DNA of 64,000 nt from an uncultured Acidobacteriota bacterium (GCA_963804995.1 CAWDSK010000005.1:896001-960000), one strand, 5' to 3'; positions 21,744 to 31,939 are shown, counted from the stretch's first letter. The notes: generated by a model from the letters alone, not told the origin. Numbers and translations: made by a program.

Positions 21744-22024
21744 GCCGGGAAACGTCAGCACTGGTAACTTGAGCATGAATTTGATAAAGAAGGGCCTGCC
21801 CACGCGGGTGAGGACTGACCAGCGAACTCGCAATCCCCGTTGATCAGAGGTCGCACGTTCAGCATCGTAGGCTTGAACTGAATTTCGGAGGGACTGAAAA
21901 GGACCGATGCACAGAAGTGAAACGGCGCGAATTCATGGGATTGATTGCCGTGGCCGCCGCGCACCTTGGAGTCACGGACTACGCACATTCTCGTCGCGCC
22001 TCTGGACCCTAGGGGAGGGAAACT

Positions 22025-23293
22025 ATGGAAGTGAAATTGGCAGGCATGAGTCTGAAGGAGTTGCGGCAAAGTCTTCATGACGAACTCTTCAATGTGTTTC
22101 TTCCCCTCTGGGATAAGCACGGCGTCGACCACGAAAATGGCGGGGTGATGAGCAGCATGGATTACGACGGCACCCTGGTGAATAGCGACAAGCTCCTGTG
22201 GTTTCAGGGGCGAGCCATTTGGATCTACAGTTTCCTTTACAACCATCTCGATAAGAATCCGCGGTACCTGGAGATTGCGCGGAAGACGAAGGATTTTCTG
22301 CTGAAGCACGCTCAGCAAAGTGACGGATGGTGGGCAGAGAAACTCTCACGCGAAGGCAAGGTGCTGAAGCCGTACAGTGGCGACACGGAAGGCATGTACT
22401 TCGTCGTCGAAGGCCTTCAGGAATACGCCGCAGCCACCGGCGATGAGCAGGCTCGCGACATTGCCTTCTCCCTTTTGAAGAAACTCTTCCAGGACTTTGA
22501 CCAGCCGGGTTTCCGCTACCTGGGAGCGGATTTCCCCTACCTTTGGAACAGCAAGCAGGCCGTGCGACCCCAAGGATTGTGGATGGTGATTGTCTACATT
22601 GCCGCCCAGATGCTCTCCCGCTGGAAGGATCCGGAGATCCTCGCCATGGCGGACCGCGCCATCGACGCGATCATGAACAAACACTACAACCCTGCCATCG
22701 GCTTGAATACAGAAGCGCTGTTTTTTGACTTCACCCGGCCGAAGGAGGATGAGCAGAAGTGCCGGATCGGCCATTCCATCGAATCCCTGTGGATGGTGAT
22801 GGAGGAGGCGACACGGCGGGGCGATTGGGCGCTGTGGAATACCTGCGCCGAGCGAGCGCACCGCCACTTGGAAGTGGGTTGGGACCATGTCTACGGCGGA
22901 ATCTCCGAGTGGGTCAACGTGGACCAGGGCGGTTATCAGTGGCCGCCGGAGACGCCGGTGGGAACGGATCTGGAGTTCCGCTACGTCGGTGAGTACCATT
23001 ACATGAAGGCGCTGTGGGCCCTGAATGAAGCCATGATCGTGGCCTTGAATGTCTATGACCGTACCGGCGCTGAGTGGGCGGTAGGGTACTTCGACATGTC
23101 TTATAAGGTTTGGATGGAGAAATTCTCCCAGAAGAAGCGCGGACTGCCCGGCTATATGCTCTTCGCCGACCGCAAAATGATTGCCCAGCCGCACGTCGCC
23201 CGGCAGGACAATTACCATCCGCCACGTCAACTGATGTTGAATATCCTGGCTCTGGATCGGATGATTCAGCGCGGCGGGCCTTCCCACGCGTAA
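22025..23293 (+). CDS. AGE-family (N-acylglucosamine 2-epimerase-like) epimerase/isomerase
   Basis: WDKHGVDHENGG, KLLWFQGR, GHSIESLW, GWDHVYGG, DNYHPPR; GGGGAGG RBS. Confidence 0.88.
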   Translation: MEVKLAGMSLKELRQSLHDELFNVFLPLWDKHGVDHENGGVMSSMDYDGTLVNSDKLLWFQGRAIWIYSFLYNHLDKNPRYLEIARKTKDFLLKHAQQSDGWWAEKLSREGKVLKPYSGDTEGMYFVVEGLQEYAAATGDEQARDIAFSLLKKLFQDFDQPGFRYLGADFPYLWNSKQAVRPQGLWMVIVYIAAQMLSRWKDPEILAMADRAIDAIMNKHYNPAIGLNTEALFFDFTRPKEDEQKCRIGHSIESLWMVMEEATRRGDWALWNTCAERAHRHLEVGWDHVYGGISEWVNVDQGGYQWPPETPVGTDLEFRYVGEYHYMKALWALNEAMIVALNVYDRTGAEWAVGYFDMSYKVWMEKFSQKKRGLPGYMLFADRKMIAQPHVARQDNYHPPRQLMLNILALDRMIQRGGPSHA

Positions 23294-23387
23294 GACGGCG
23301 AGGGAGATCCCCGTACAGAGAAGGGATCGGCGGCACATTGAATACGCAGGGTTGGCTGATGGGGTGAGCCCTGAGTTGAGGCCTGAC

Positions 23388-24911
23388 ATGACAACCAGCT
23401 CCCAAACCGTACTGCTGGCGGGTGTGGGGAAGAGCGATATCACCCGCTGGGACTCTGGCGAAGTCATCGGTGATATGTCCATGAAGGCCGGGCTGGGCAT
23501 GGACCGGGGAGGCGGCATCAAAATCCACGACCCACTTTACGCTAAAGCGCTGGTGCTGGATGACGGCGCCACACGGGCGGCGATCATTTCCATGGACGTG
23601 ATCGCAATCGGCGGAATATTCGAAATCAACGACAACTTCCTGCCGGCGCTTCGGCGAAAGATTGAAGAGGAACTGAAGATTAGCGGCGCGAACGTACTGG
23701 TTAACGCCTCGCATACTCATCTGGTGGGTGGTCAAGTCTCGGCAGATGTGGTGGAAAAAACCTTCGAGGCGGTTCGGCAGGCATGTGCAAATATGACGCC
23801 TGTAAAGATCGGCGCCGGCTCCGGCAGCGAAGATCGTGTGACCATGAACCGGCGTATCAAGCTGAAGAATGGGAAGACCTGGACGGAGCGCCACGCCAAT
23901 CCGTCGCCAGAGGATGAAGAGGTGGCGGGCGTGGGGCCGATTGACCCCGAAATCGGGGTGCTAAGGATTGATACGCTTGATGATAAGCCCTTCGCTGCAG
24001 TCTACAACTTTGCCGCTCATCCTTATTGCGGAGCGAGTGGCGGGGGTGTGACGGCGGAGTTGCCGGGGTTTGCGTCGCAGGTGATTGAGGAGAATCTCGG
24101 CAACAACGCGCTGGCCATCTTCCTGCAAGGAGCCGCGGGTGATATCAGCGAGATCTATTACAAGGAAGTCAATAGGCCGAGAAATGCCGAGCCCCTCGGA
24201 ATGCTGTTGGGGCTGAGCACGCTGAAGGCTTGGCGGGGAATTAAAACAGGGGGCGGGTCGATAACAGTCCTCACCGAGACGCTGGAATTGCCCCGAAGGA
24301 CGGATATACCGGAAAGAATCAAGACGCTCGAGAAGGAGCAGGAGGAGCTGTTGAAATCGCTGGCTGGGACAAGTCTGAACTTCAAGACCTTCCTTCCTCT
24401 CTATATTAAATATAGCCTCAGCCCTGAATATCCATCGTATTATGCTTATTGGTATAAGCACCAACAGGAGATGGGGCAGGCGGGGCTTGCCGCGCTCGAT
24501 GCCGAGAACCAAAGAAATATCGCAAAGTACCTCAGCAACATTTATGTGATGGAGAGACTTGCCAGGATTCAGGTCAACCTTCCCGTGCTCCGGGAGCGTC
24601 AGGCGATCAATACGCGATCCAGCTCCGCAGCACTTCCAGTTGAGGTGCAGGTTCTCAAGATAGGGGAATTTGTTCTAGTGACGTTCCCCGGCGAGTTGTT
24701 TGTGGAGATCGGCTTGAACATCAAAAGGACCTCACCGTTCCGGCACACTTTCATCGCTTCGTACTCAAATGGGTATATTCACTACGCCCCGACCGAGGAG
24801 GCTTTTGAGGGTGGGGACTATGAAGATACCAACTGTCTTCTGGGCCGGGGATGGCAGCAGATCTTTGAGAGCAAGGTCGCGGAGCTTCTACGACGGCTCG
24901 CGCCGAGTTAA
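23388..24911 (+). CDS. Neutral/alkaline ceramidase N-terminal-like hydrolase (hypothetical)
   Basis: AGVGKSDIT, HDPLYAKALVL, NASHTH, NFAAHP, LQGAAGD, PGELF, YSNGYIHYAP pattern. Confidence 0.7.
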   Translation: MTTSSQTVLLAGVGKSDITRWDSGEVIGDMSMKAGLGMDRGGGIKIHDPLYAKALVLDDGATRAAIISMDVIAIGGIFEINDNFLPALRRKIEEELKISGANVLVNASHTHLVGGQVSADVVEKTFEAVRQACANMTPVKIGAGSGSEDRVTMNRRIKLKNGKTWTERHANPSPEDEEVAGVGPIDPEIGVLRIDTLDDKPFAAVYNFAAHPYCGASGGGVTAELPGFASQVIEENLGNNALAIFLQGAAGDISEIYYKEVNRPRNAEPLGMLLGLSTLKAWRGIKTGGGSITVLTETLELPRRTDIPERIKTLEKEQEELLKSLAGTSLNFKTFLPLYIKYSLSPEYPSYYAYWYKHQQEMGQAGLAALDAENQRNIAKYLSNIYVMERLARIQVNLPVLRERQAINTRSSSAALPVEVQVLKIGEFVLVTFPGELFVEIGLNIKRTSPFRHTFIASYSNGYIHYAPTEEAFEGGDYEDTNCLLGRGWQQIFESKVAELLRRLAPS

Positions 24912-25093
24912 GCGCGCGCGCTTGGTCCTTGCCTCCCGACGCGCGGGATCCCCTTCCGCGATTAGTGTGGCGCCTGGGGATTCCGACCTTTCAGGCTGAT
25001 AAGGCGTCAGAGTATTCGGCGCGACCCCGGAAACGCAATAGTATTGTTAACAGGAATTGGGAGTTGGTGCCGTGAATGAAGGAGAAGAGAAAT

Positions 25094-26368
25094 ATGCCGC
25101 AGCTTAAGATACCGTACGTGGACCAGTTGTTGGACGTGGATATACCCGATCGAAACCTCATTTTCGACGAAGCGCCTCGCAACGTCCCGCCGGCGCCGGA
25201 TATGGATGCCACGCTGCGCGGCGCGTTGATGCATCCCGTCGGTTCGCCACCGCTGCGTGATCTGGTCAAGCGCGGGCAAAAGATAATCATCATTTCCGAC
25301 AACAATACGCGCGTCACACCGACCAAACGAATCATTCCAGTGCTGCTGGATTTTCTGAACGAGGCCGGCATACCTGACAGCGATATCCAAATCATCATCT
25401 CTTCCGGCACTCATCGCGCCATGACCGATGCGGAACTGGATGAAAAGTACGGCCCCCAGGTGATGTCGAGGGTCACCATCCTGCCACACCGTTACAAGGA
25501 CCCGAACAGTCTGGTTGAATATGGGGTCACCAAACGCGGCACCCGCATTCTGGTGAACCGTCATGTGGTGGAGGCAGACTTCCGGATTTCCGTGGGTAAC
25601 ATCGTTCCGCATCATCCCACCGGTTGGAGCGCCGGCGCGAAGTCTGTACTGCCTGGAGTCGGTGGCGAGGAGACAGTGGCGCAGATGCACTTCCTCGGCT
25701 CGAAAAATCCCGGCCTGGCGGTGGTCGATACCGAGATGCGCCGTGAGATGGAGGACTTTGCCGAGCACATCGGTTTGAATTTCATCTTGAACGTGATCCT
25801 CAATCGCGATGGCGAGCTGGTGGACGCGGTTGCCGGCCACTTTATCAAGGCGCATCGGGCCGGCGTGGAAATGGCAAGCAAGGTTTACTGCGTTGCCATC
25901 CCCGAGTTGGCCGACATGACCATCAGCAGTACGTGCCCCATTGATTTCGATTTCTTTCAGGGCGATAAGGGCGTTACCTCTGCGGAACTTTCGACAAAAC
26001 CGGGTGGAGAGATTGTGCTGGTGTCCGGTTGCGTGGAGGGAATCAGCCCGGGTCATCCCGAGCTGGCAGATTATGTCGGCAAGATGACGAATGACGAAAT
26101 CTGGAAGATGCTCTGTAATCATGAAGCACCCGACCCGCTGACTGGCGCCGAGGCGATTGTCATTAACGACATCAAAGCTCGAATGCACATCACCGTTGCC
26201 TCTGACGGGTTGTCGCCCGAGCTGTGTGCGTCCATGGGTTTCGGCCATGTTCATCCCCACGACCTCGCCCAATATGTGAAGGCGCGATTGGCAGGGAACC
26301 CTGATCTGAAAATCGGAGTGCTCAGGCACAGCGCCGAGGTGGCGCCGATTCTTGCCGGACGCGCGTAG
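25094..26368 (+). CDS. larA: Nickel-pincer-dependent lactate racemase family protein (LarA homologue)
   Basis: ALMHPVGSPPL, SDNNTRVTP, SSGTHR, PHHPTGWSAGAK motifs; AGGAG RBS before ATG 25094. Confidence 0.85.
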   Translation: MPQLKIPYVDQLLDVDIPDRNLIFDEAPRNVPPAPDMDATLRGALMHPVGSPPLRDLVKRGQKIIIISDNNTRVTPTKRIIPVLLDFLNEAGIPDSDIQIIISSGTHRAMTDAELDEKYGPQVMSRVTILPHRYKDPNSLVEYGVTKRGTRILVNRHVVEADFRISVGNIVPHHPTGWSAGAKSVLPGVGGEETVAQMHFLGSKNPGLAVVDTEMRREMEDFAEHIGLNFILNVILNRDGELVDAVAGHFIKAHRAGVEMASKVYCVAIPELADMTISSTCPIDFDFFQGDKGVTSAELSTKPGGEIVLVSGCVEGISPGHPELADYVGKMTNDEIWKMLCNHEAPDPLTGAEAIVINDIKARMHITVASDGLSPELCASMGFGHVHPHDLAQYVKARLAGNPDLKIGVLRHSAEVAPILAGRA

Positions 26369-26451
26369 TGTCCTGTCCCGGCTAATAGTTTCCCATGCAG
26401 ACCGCGGCCGGTGGCCGCCTTGATTGTCAAATACTAGGCGGGACGGCGCAC

Positions 26452-26570
26452 TCGTGTAGTATCCACGAAATGCCTGGACAAGGCTGCGGCCGTAGCGCCG
26501 GCATCCTGCCGGCAAATGCCGCCAAGATGGCGGCGCTACGTTGTCCACCCAATTTCCGGACACTACACGA
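26452..26570. repeat. MITE-like element with a nested GTAG-type REP doublet
   Basis: Outer ~30-bp imperfect IR (TCGTGTAGTATCC...TGGACAA / TTGTCCA...GGACACTACACGA) enclosing CGTAGCGCCGGCATCCTGCCGGCA-AA-TGCCGCCAAGATGGCGGCGCTACG (26491-26540). Confidence 0.7.
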
Positions 26571-26644
26571 CTGGGCTTCAAATGGCGTGCGAAGCGTGGA
26601 ACTAAAAATCAGGTTCGCTCCGTTCAAGGAACCTATTTATTATC

Positions 26645-26673
26645 TTGACAACAGCCACCCTATAGGCTAGAAT
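26645..26673 (+). promoter_or_regulatory. Near-consensus sigma70 promoter
   Basis: TTGACA-17 bp-TAGAAT with AT-rich upstream sequence. Confidence 0.6.
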
Positions 26674-27231
26674 CAGAATGGGAAGGGAGGCAGGTTCCGC
26701 CGGCCGGCGCTCCACTCCTTCGCCGCATGCGAGCGGAGCAAGATCAGTGGAAGGGGCGGGCTGACAATATGGCGCAATGGCCTTGTGACAGATTGTCCCT
26801 GAATGTAAAAGATACACAAAGCTGAGAACTTATAGAAAACAAAGGCTGCGAAACAAGGTTTTTGCTCCTGCCAAAGCTGAGAATGTACTGAAAGAAAACC
26901 CACTTACAAAGAATTCCAAAAGGCGAAATTCACAGGACATATTGCCCGACGCAGGGGACGCCAAATTGTCGGTGCTAGACGGCAGAAAAGTACCTAGCGC
27001 GAACCCGTTTCTGGTGTCCCGTATTCGAGTTGAGCACGGACAGGACCCCCTCACCCGCCTGCGAGCCGAAGCGGAAGTTATTTAACCTAGCATATTGCAG
27101 GACGGCGGCATTTGAGACCGCGACGGGCGCGAACTGTGCCGCCAGTGGTTAGCGGTGTCGTGCAAGACACTTGACCAAATCTTCGTCATCACCCAAAATT
27201 ACGGGTTCATATTTCTCTGGGAGGCAATACT

Positions 27232-28104
27232 ATGCAAATTGCTTGTGGCTACACGATTCCGATCACCCTCTTTGGAATTCCGCCTTCCCCCGCTGATCAT
27301 TTAAAAGGGATGGAGATCGTAGGACAGGCCGGATTCAAGTCCATTGAACTGGAGTTCTGCGATGTGCTCGTGGAAGAACACCGCCGCGATCTTCCCAAGA
27401 TGCAGGCTATCCTCAACAAGTATGGAATGCGTTGCGCTTCGATTATGGCGGTTGAGGAGAAAATGTTCAGTCTCGATCCCGCCATCAAAAGCAAGGCAAT
27501 GGCTGACTTCGATCAACTGGCTGGCCTCATCGCGAAGCTGGGGTCCCCATTGGTGACCATCTGCGGATACATGCCGCCTGAGATTCGTCCGCAGGGCACA
27601 GAGCTGTACGTTGGTGGCCCCCCCACCGCGGTCACAGTGAGCGACGATTTCTCCTGGCCAGCGTTTTGGGCGAACGCTGTTGACGTGTTCAAGCAATGTG
27701 CGGCGATGGCGAAGCGCCATGGGCTGACCTTGTTGATCGAGACGCGCGCCAACGACGTGTTCAGCTCCACCGATGCGCTGATGAACCTGATTCGCGAATC
27801 CGGCGCCACCGAATCGGGTGTAATCCTCGACGTCGCCCATGTGCACGCGGGCAAGGAATACCTGGCCCTGGTCATTCCCAAGCTGGGCAAACTGATCAAG
27901 CTCGTCCATCTCTCCGATAACGACGGCACGCAGGCTTATCACTATGCCCCTGGGAAGGGCATCATCGACTTTCGCGCCGTCATCCGGAGCCTCAAGCGTG
28001 CGGGCTTTGACGGGACCATCGTCGTGGACATTTCCGGCGTGCCGAACATCGTTGAGGAAGCCGTCAAAGCGCGCGACTACTTCCAACGGCTGATCGACGA
28101 GTAG
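27232..28104 (+). CDS. Sugar phosphate isomerase/epimerase (xylose isomerase-like TIM barrel)
   Basis: AGFKSIE, LLIE, LDVAH, VHLSDNDG, PGKGIIDF, GFDG motifs; GGAGG RBS. Confidence 0.88.
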   Translation: MQIACGYTIPITLFGIPPSPADHLKGMEIVGQAGFKSIELEFCDVLVEEHRRDLPKMQAILNKYGMRCASIMAVEEKMFSLDPAIKSKAMADFDQLAGLIAKLGSPLVTICGYMPPEIRPQGTELYVGGPPTAVTVSDDFSWPAFWANAVDVFKQCAAMAKRHGLTLLIETRANDVFSSTDALMNLIRESGATESGVILDVAHVHAGKEYLALVIPKLGKLIKLVHLSDNDGTQAYHYAPGKGIIDFRAVIRSLKRAGFDGTIVVDISGVPNIVEEAVKARDYFQRLIDE

Positions 28105-28334
28105 TGGGCTGATCACAAGCGGCCGGGCGTTACTCGCTGATTCACCCTGGGGTCTAGCTTTAGTCGTAGTGCGTGAATTTGGTGCTGTGGCGGCGAGTTT
28201 ACCTCGCCCAATGGTCGTGTCCCGATCAGATCAGGATGAATGCCCCCACCTCTACCTCAAATTGAACCGCTATCATTTCGTTCGAGTGTTGGAAAAATAT
28301 ATGACATTTTGTTACTATGTCTCCAGGGTGATTC

Positions 28335-29126
28335 ATGAAGCTCCGTCCGCGATTGTTGGTGGTGCTTCTCACATTGGGACTGAGCACCGTCGTGATGGCC
28401 TTTCAGTTCGACGACTCTCCACGCTGGCGACTTGAAGAAAGTCCCACCGAAACCAACGAAAAAGCTGAGTTCACTTTCGGGCGGCTGCGGTTCGCGACGA
28501 GGCCTGGATCCTTCGGCGGCTGGCGCCGGGCTGGGTGGGCTGAGGATTTCCCCAAAGCTGACCGCCAGTTTGTTGAAGGCGTTCGGCGTCTCACCCGGCT
28601 TGACGCCCGCACGACTGAAAAGGTGATTGACCTGGATAGCGACGAAATCTTCAACTGGCCGTGGGTCTACGCCGTCAACGTCGGCCGTTGGGACTTCACC
28701 GACGCGCAGGCCAAGCGGATGCGCGAGTACTTGATGAGGGGCGGTTTCCTGTTGGCCGACAATTTCCACGGAGCTGCGGAATGGGAGACTTTCCTCGCGG
28801 GCATGCACAAGGTCTTCCCGGATCGCCCCGTCGAGGACCTGAAAAACACTGACGAGATTTTTCACGTGCTCTACGATCTGGACGAGCGCTTCCAGATCCC
28901 CGGATATCAGTACATCTGGACGGGCAAAACTTATGAAAGGGATGGCATTGAGCCGCATTGGCGCGCCATCCGCGACGACAAGGGCCGAATCCTGGTGGCC
29001 ATTTGCCACAACATGCACCTGGGAGACTCCTGGGAGCACGCTGACGATCCGCGCTACCCCGAGCGATTTTCCTCGCTGGGCTATCGTCTGGGAATTAATT
29101 ACATCGTTTATGCTATGACGCACTGA
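28335..29126 (+). CDS. DUF4159 domain-containing secreted protein
   Basis: Signal peptide; WAEDFPKAD, WPWVYA, REYLMRGGFLLADNF, LGDSWE, LGINYIVYAMTH. Confidence 0.85.
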   Translation: MKLRPRLLVVLLTLGLSTVVMAFQFDDSPRWRLEESPTETNEKAEFTFGRLRFATRPGSFGGWRRAGWAEDFPKADRQFVEGVRRLTRLDARTTEKVIDLDSDEIFNWPWVYAVNVGRWDFTDAQAKRMREYLMRGGFLLADNFHGAAEWETFLAGMHKVFPDRPVEDLKNTDEIFHVLYDLDERFQIPGYQYIWTGKTYERDGIEPHWRAIRDDKGRILVAICHNMHLGDSWEHADDPRYPERFSSLGYRLGINYIVYAMTH

Positions 29127-29342
29127 CCGCAGGAAACGACCCTTGGCCTCACAACCAGGCAGCCGCATCGGGTACTTCCGCCATCTATAGTTTGCGAGAC
29201 TCTTTTTGAGCAATACCCAAAGGACCAAGCCGGGGCCCGGGGTTAGTGGCAGATTTACGCAAAGGCAAGGCCGGGCTCTGGGGCGTGCTGTGCTCTGCGG
29301 TTTTGCCACAAGTGCTCCGTCAATTCTGGCCCGAATGAAATT

Positions 29343-30770
29343 ATGAAGCGAAGAGATTTCCTCAAATCCGGGTGTGCAGGGGTCGCGGGATTCGGGGCGG
29401 CACGCCTCTTGGGGGCGCAGATGCATCCCGAATCGATGCCCGAGATGTCGGGAGCTGACATCACGCTCAAAATCTCTCCCGTGATTGTGCAGCTCGATCC
29501 GAATCGCGCCATCAGCACGGTCGGCTATAACGGCACGTCGCCCGGCCCCGTCTTGCGGATGCGCGAGGGTAAACCGGTTACCGTGGACGTACTGAACGAA
29601 ACCGATGTGCCGGAACTCGTGCACTGGCACGGGCAGTTCATCCCGCCGGAGGTCGACGGCTCGGAGGAGGAAGGCACGCCGATGGTCCCTGCCCACGGCC
29701 GCCGCCGGTATCAGTTTGTGCCGCGGCCCGCGGGCACGCGCTGGTATCACACTCACACGATGTCCGGCATTGACTTGCACCGCGGCACTTATACCGGACA
29801 GTTCGGCTTTGTACTTGTCGAATCGGCGCAGAATCCCGGCCGTTACGACCAGGAAGTTTTCCTGGCTCTGCGCGAGTGGGAACCGTTCCTGACCTCGGAA
29901 GATATGGATGAATCGGAAATGGGGGTCATCGGGGCTCAGCCGGAAAAGCCGGCGGTGCCTGACAAACGGCAAAACGGTTTGGAAGTCGGCTATCGAATAT
30001 TCTCCATCAATGACAAGGCACTCGGGGCAGGTGAACCGATTCGGGTGCGGCAGGGCCAGCGCCTGCTGGTGCACGTGCTCAACGCGAGCGCTACCGGAAA
30101 CCGGAGCATCGCCTTCGCGGGCCACCGGTTTCACGTCGTGGCCCTGGATGGAAACCCTGTGGCCTCGCCGCAATCGGTGGAAGTACTGGCGCTGGGTCCC
30201 GGCGAGCGCGTGGACGCCATCGTGGAAATGAATCGGCCCGGCATCTGGATTCTGGGCGCCACGAAAGATGACGACCGCAACGACGGGATGGGAATCATCG
30301 TCGAGTATGCCGACCAGCACGGAGATCCTCAGTGGGTCGCGCCCACTAATACCCAATGGGATTACACAATCTTCGGTACCCCCGCGTCGCGGCCGGCGCC
30401 CGATCAAACCATCGACATGGTGTTCGAAGTGATTCCCGGCGGCCCCTCAAACTTCAACCACTGGCTCGTGAACGGCAAGGAGTATCCGCACGAGCGTGAG
30501 TTCGTCCTGAAGGAGGGAGCGCGCTATCGCCTGGTCTTTCACAATCGCAGCGACGACGCTCACCCCTTACATATGCATCGGCATGTGTTCGAGCTCGTGG
30601 AAATTAATGGGAAGAAGACCTCCGGGGTGATTAAGGACACCGTCGTGGTGCCGAACTACGGGCGCGTTTCCGTGGATTTGCTCGCAGACCAGCCGGGGCT
30701 TACTCTCTTTCACTGTCATAATCAGCAGCACATGGACTTTGGCTTCAAGGCACTGTTCCGCTACGCGTGA
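29343..30770 (+). CDS. Tat-exported multicopper oxidase
   Basis: KRRDFLK Tat motif; HWHG, WYHTH, HPLHMHRH, HCHNQQH copper motifs. Confidence 0.93.
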   Translation: MKRRDFLKSGCAGVAGFGAARLLGAQMHPESMPEMSGADITLKISPVIVQLDPNRAISTVGYNGTSPGPVLRMREGKPVTVDVLNETDVPELVHWHGQFIPPEVDGSEEEGTPMVPAHGRRRYQFVPRPAGTRWYHTHTMSGIDLHRGTYTGQFGFVLVESAQNPGRYDQEVFLALREWEPFLTSEDMDESEMGVIGAQPEKPAVPDKRQNGLEVGYRIFSINDKALGAGEPIRVRQGQRLLVHVLNASATGNRSIAFAGHRFHVVALDGNPVASPQSVEVLALGPGERVDAIVEMNRPGIWILGATKDDDRNDGMGIIVEYADQHGDPQWVAPTNTQWDYTIFGTPASRPAPDQTIDMVFEVIPGGPSNFNHWLVNGKEYPHEREFVLKEGARYRLVFHNRSDDAHPLHMHRHVFELVEINGKKTSGVIKDTVVVPNYGRVSVDLLADQPGLTLFHCHNQQHMDFGFKALFRYA

Positions 30771-31046
30771 GCGTGCCCACGTTGGCACGATGGTTTTTGT
30801 AGAGGCCGCCTTCAGGCGGGCAAGTCTTTGATCCTATGCTGCCGCGCATATGGGTGCCGCTACGCAAAGCAACGTTCAGACGCTTCAACCCCCTCCCCCT
30901 GACTGTTTCGAGAGGCCATCTGGGCTCCATATGAAACCGACCTTCGCGGCAGAATTGATTCTCCATGGCGCCCATGGCAGTTTGTTTTCTGCCGTGGGCT
31001 TTGGGAGCTCGCACAAACGAACCAGAGGCTCCTTCAGGGTGCGATA

Positions 31047-31559
31047 TTACCGCCTGCTGAAGCCGTGCCATTCACCGCCGCGACCCACAAACGCGTGGCC
31101 TCGCCAGAATCCTCCGATGCCCACGCTTACCACCGGACCCGGGTAGTAGGCAGGCGGGTAATACACCGGCCCGTAACTTACGTATGGGTAATAGAAAGGA
31201 TCGGGGTAATAGCCGGACCAGTAGGGAGTTGGGACATAAGAGAAGCCGAACGCAAAGCTAGACCCTCCGTAGCCACCCCGGTACCCACCAAATCCTCCTT
31301 CAAACCTTCCTCGAGCGGTTTGCCCGGAGAATTGGCCGCTAAATCCTCGTCCCGTGTAGCCTCCGCTGCCATAGCCGCTTCCGGTGTAGCCGCTTCCGCC
31401 CCCGTAGGTGCGTCCGCTATAACCGCTTCCACTGGAACTATGTCCGCTCGAACCGCCAATGGAGTGTCCGCCGCCCGATCGCGAGCTGCCATGCCCTTGG
31501 GCAAAGCCAGTTGTGGCCAGCGCTAGTCCGATGACCATCACTATCAAAAGCCTTTTCAT
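31047..31559 (-). CDS. Secreted glycine/serine/tyrosine-rich low-complexity protein
   Basis: AGGAGG RBS, signal peptide MKRLLIVMVIGLALATTGFA, then G/S-rich and Y/P-rich segments. Confidence 0.75.
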   Translation of the reverse strand: MKRLLIVMVIGLALATTGFAQGHGSSRSGGGHSIGGSSGHSSSGSGYSGRTYGGGSGYTGSGYGSGGYTGRGFSGQFSGQTARGRFEGGFGGYRGGYGGSSFAFGFSYVPTPYWSGYYPDPFYYPYVSYGPVYYPPAYYPGPVVSVGIGGFWRGHAFVGRGGEWHGFSRR

Positions 31560-31892
31560 TTCAGCCTCCTGCCCCCGTGCACTCATGTGGTCCTTGCCTA
31601 GAGGAGCCATCCAGATGGGCAGGGGCAATTAATGTGCCAATTCTAATCAGGCGTAAGTTCCTGGAAAATCAAGGCACGAACTCAGTCGCGGGTGAACGAA
31701 ATCCACCATGTAGGTGGTGGATTTTGGCCGGTGCATGATTTGGGGTTTCCGATGAAAAACCTCGGGACGGGGCCACCAAAAGTATCGAGGACTTGTTCTT
31801 TGGGCCCACGGATTTTTATTATCAATTGGGGATTGACCCGCCGCCTCCGCAATGGGTGCACGCCTGGGAAATGAAATTCTGGGAAAGTGGGG

Positions 31893-31931
31893 TTGAAATA
31901 AGTTCTCTCTTACGGCTATAATAGCCGTAAG
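31893..31931 (+). promoter_or_regulatory. IS internal promoter with hairpin over -10 and RBS
   Basis: TTGAAA-18 bp-TATAAT; perfect IR CTTACGGCTA-TAA-TAGCCGTAAG (31909-31931) overlapping AAGGAGG. Confidence 0.7.
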
Positions 31932-31939
31932 GAGGAACC

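Noticed and set aside
22010..22012. Pyrrolysine or genome-wide amber recoding
   Set aside because: Many genes in the window end normally at TAG and no pyl genes are seen
28257..30407. 716-aa minus-strand ORF (also 1887..3365, 12257..13600, 25007..26581, 34382..35887, 60124..62025)
   Set aside because: Antisense shadows of well-supported genes in GC-rich DNA
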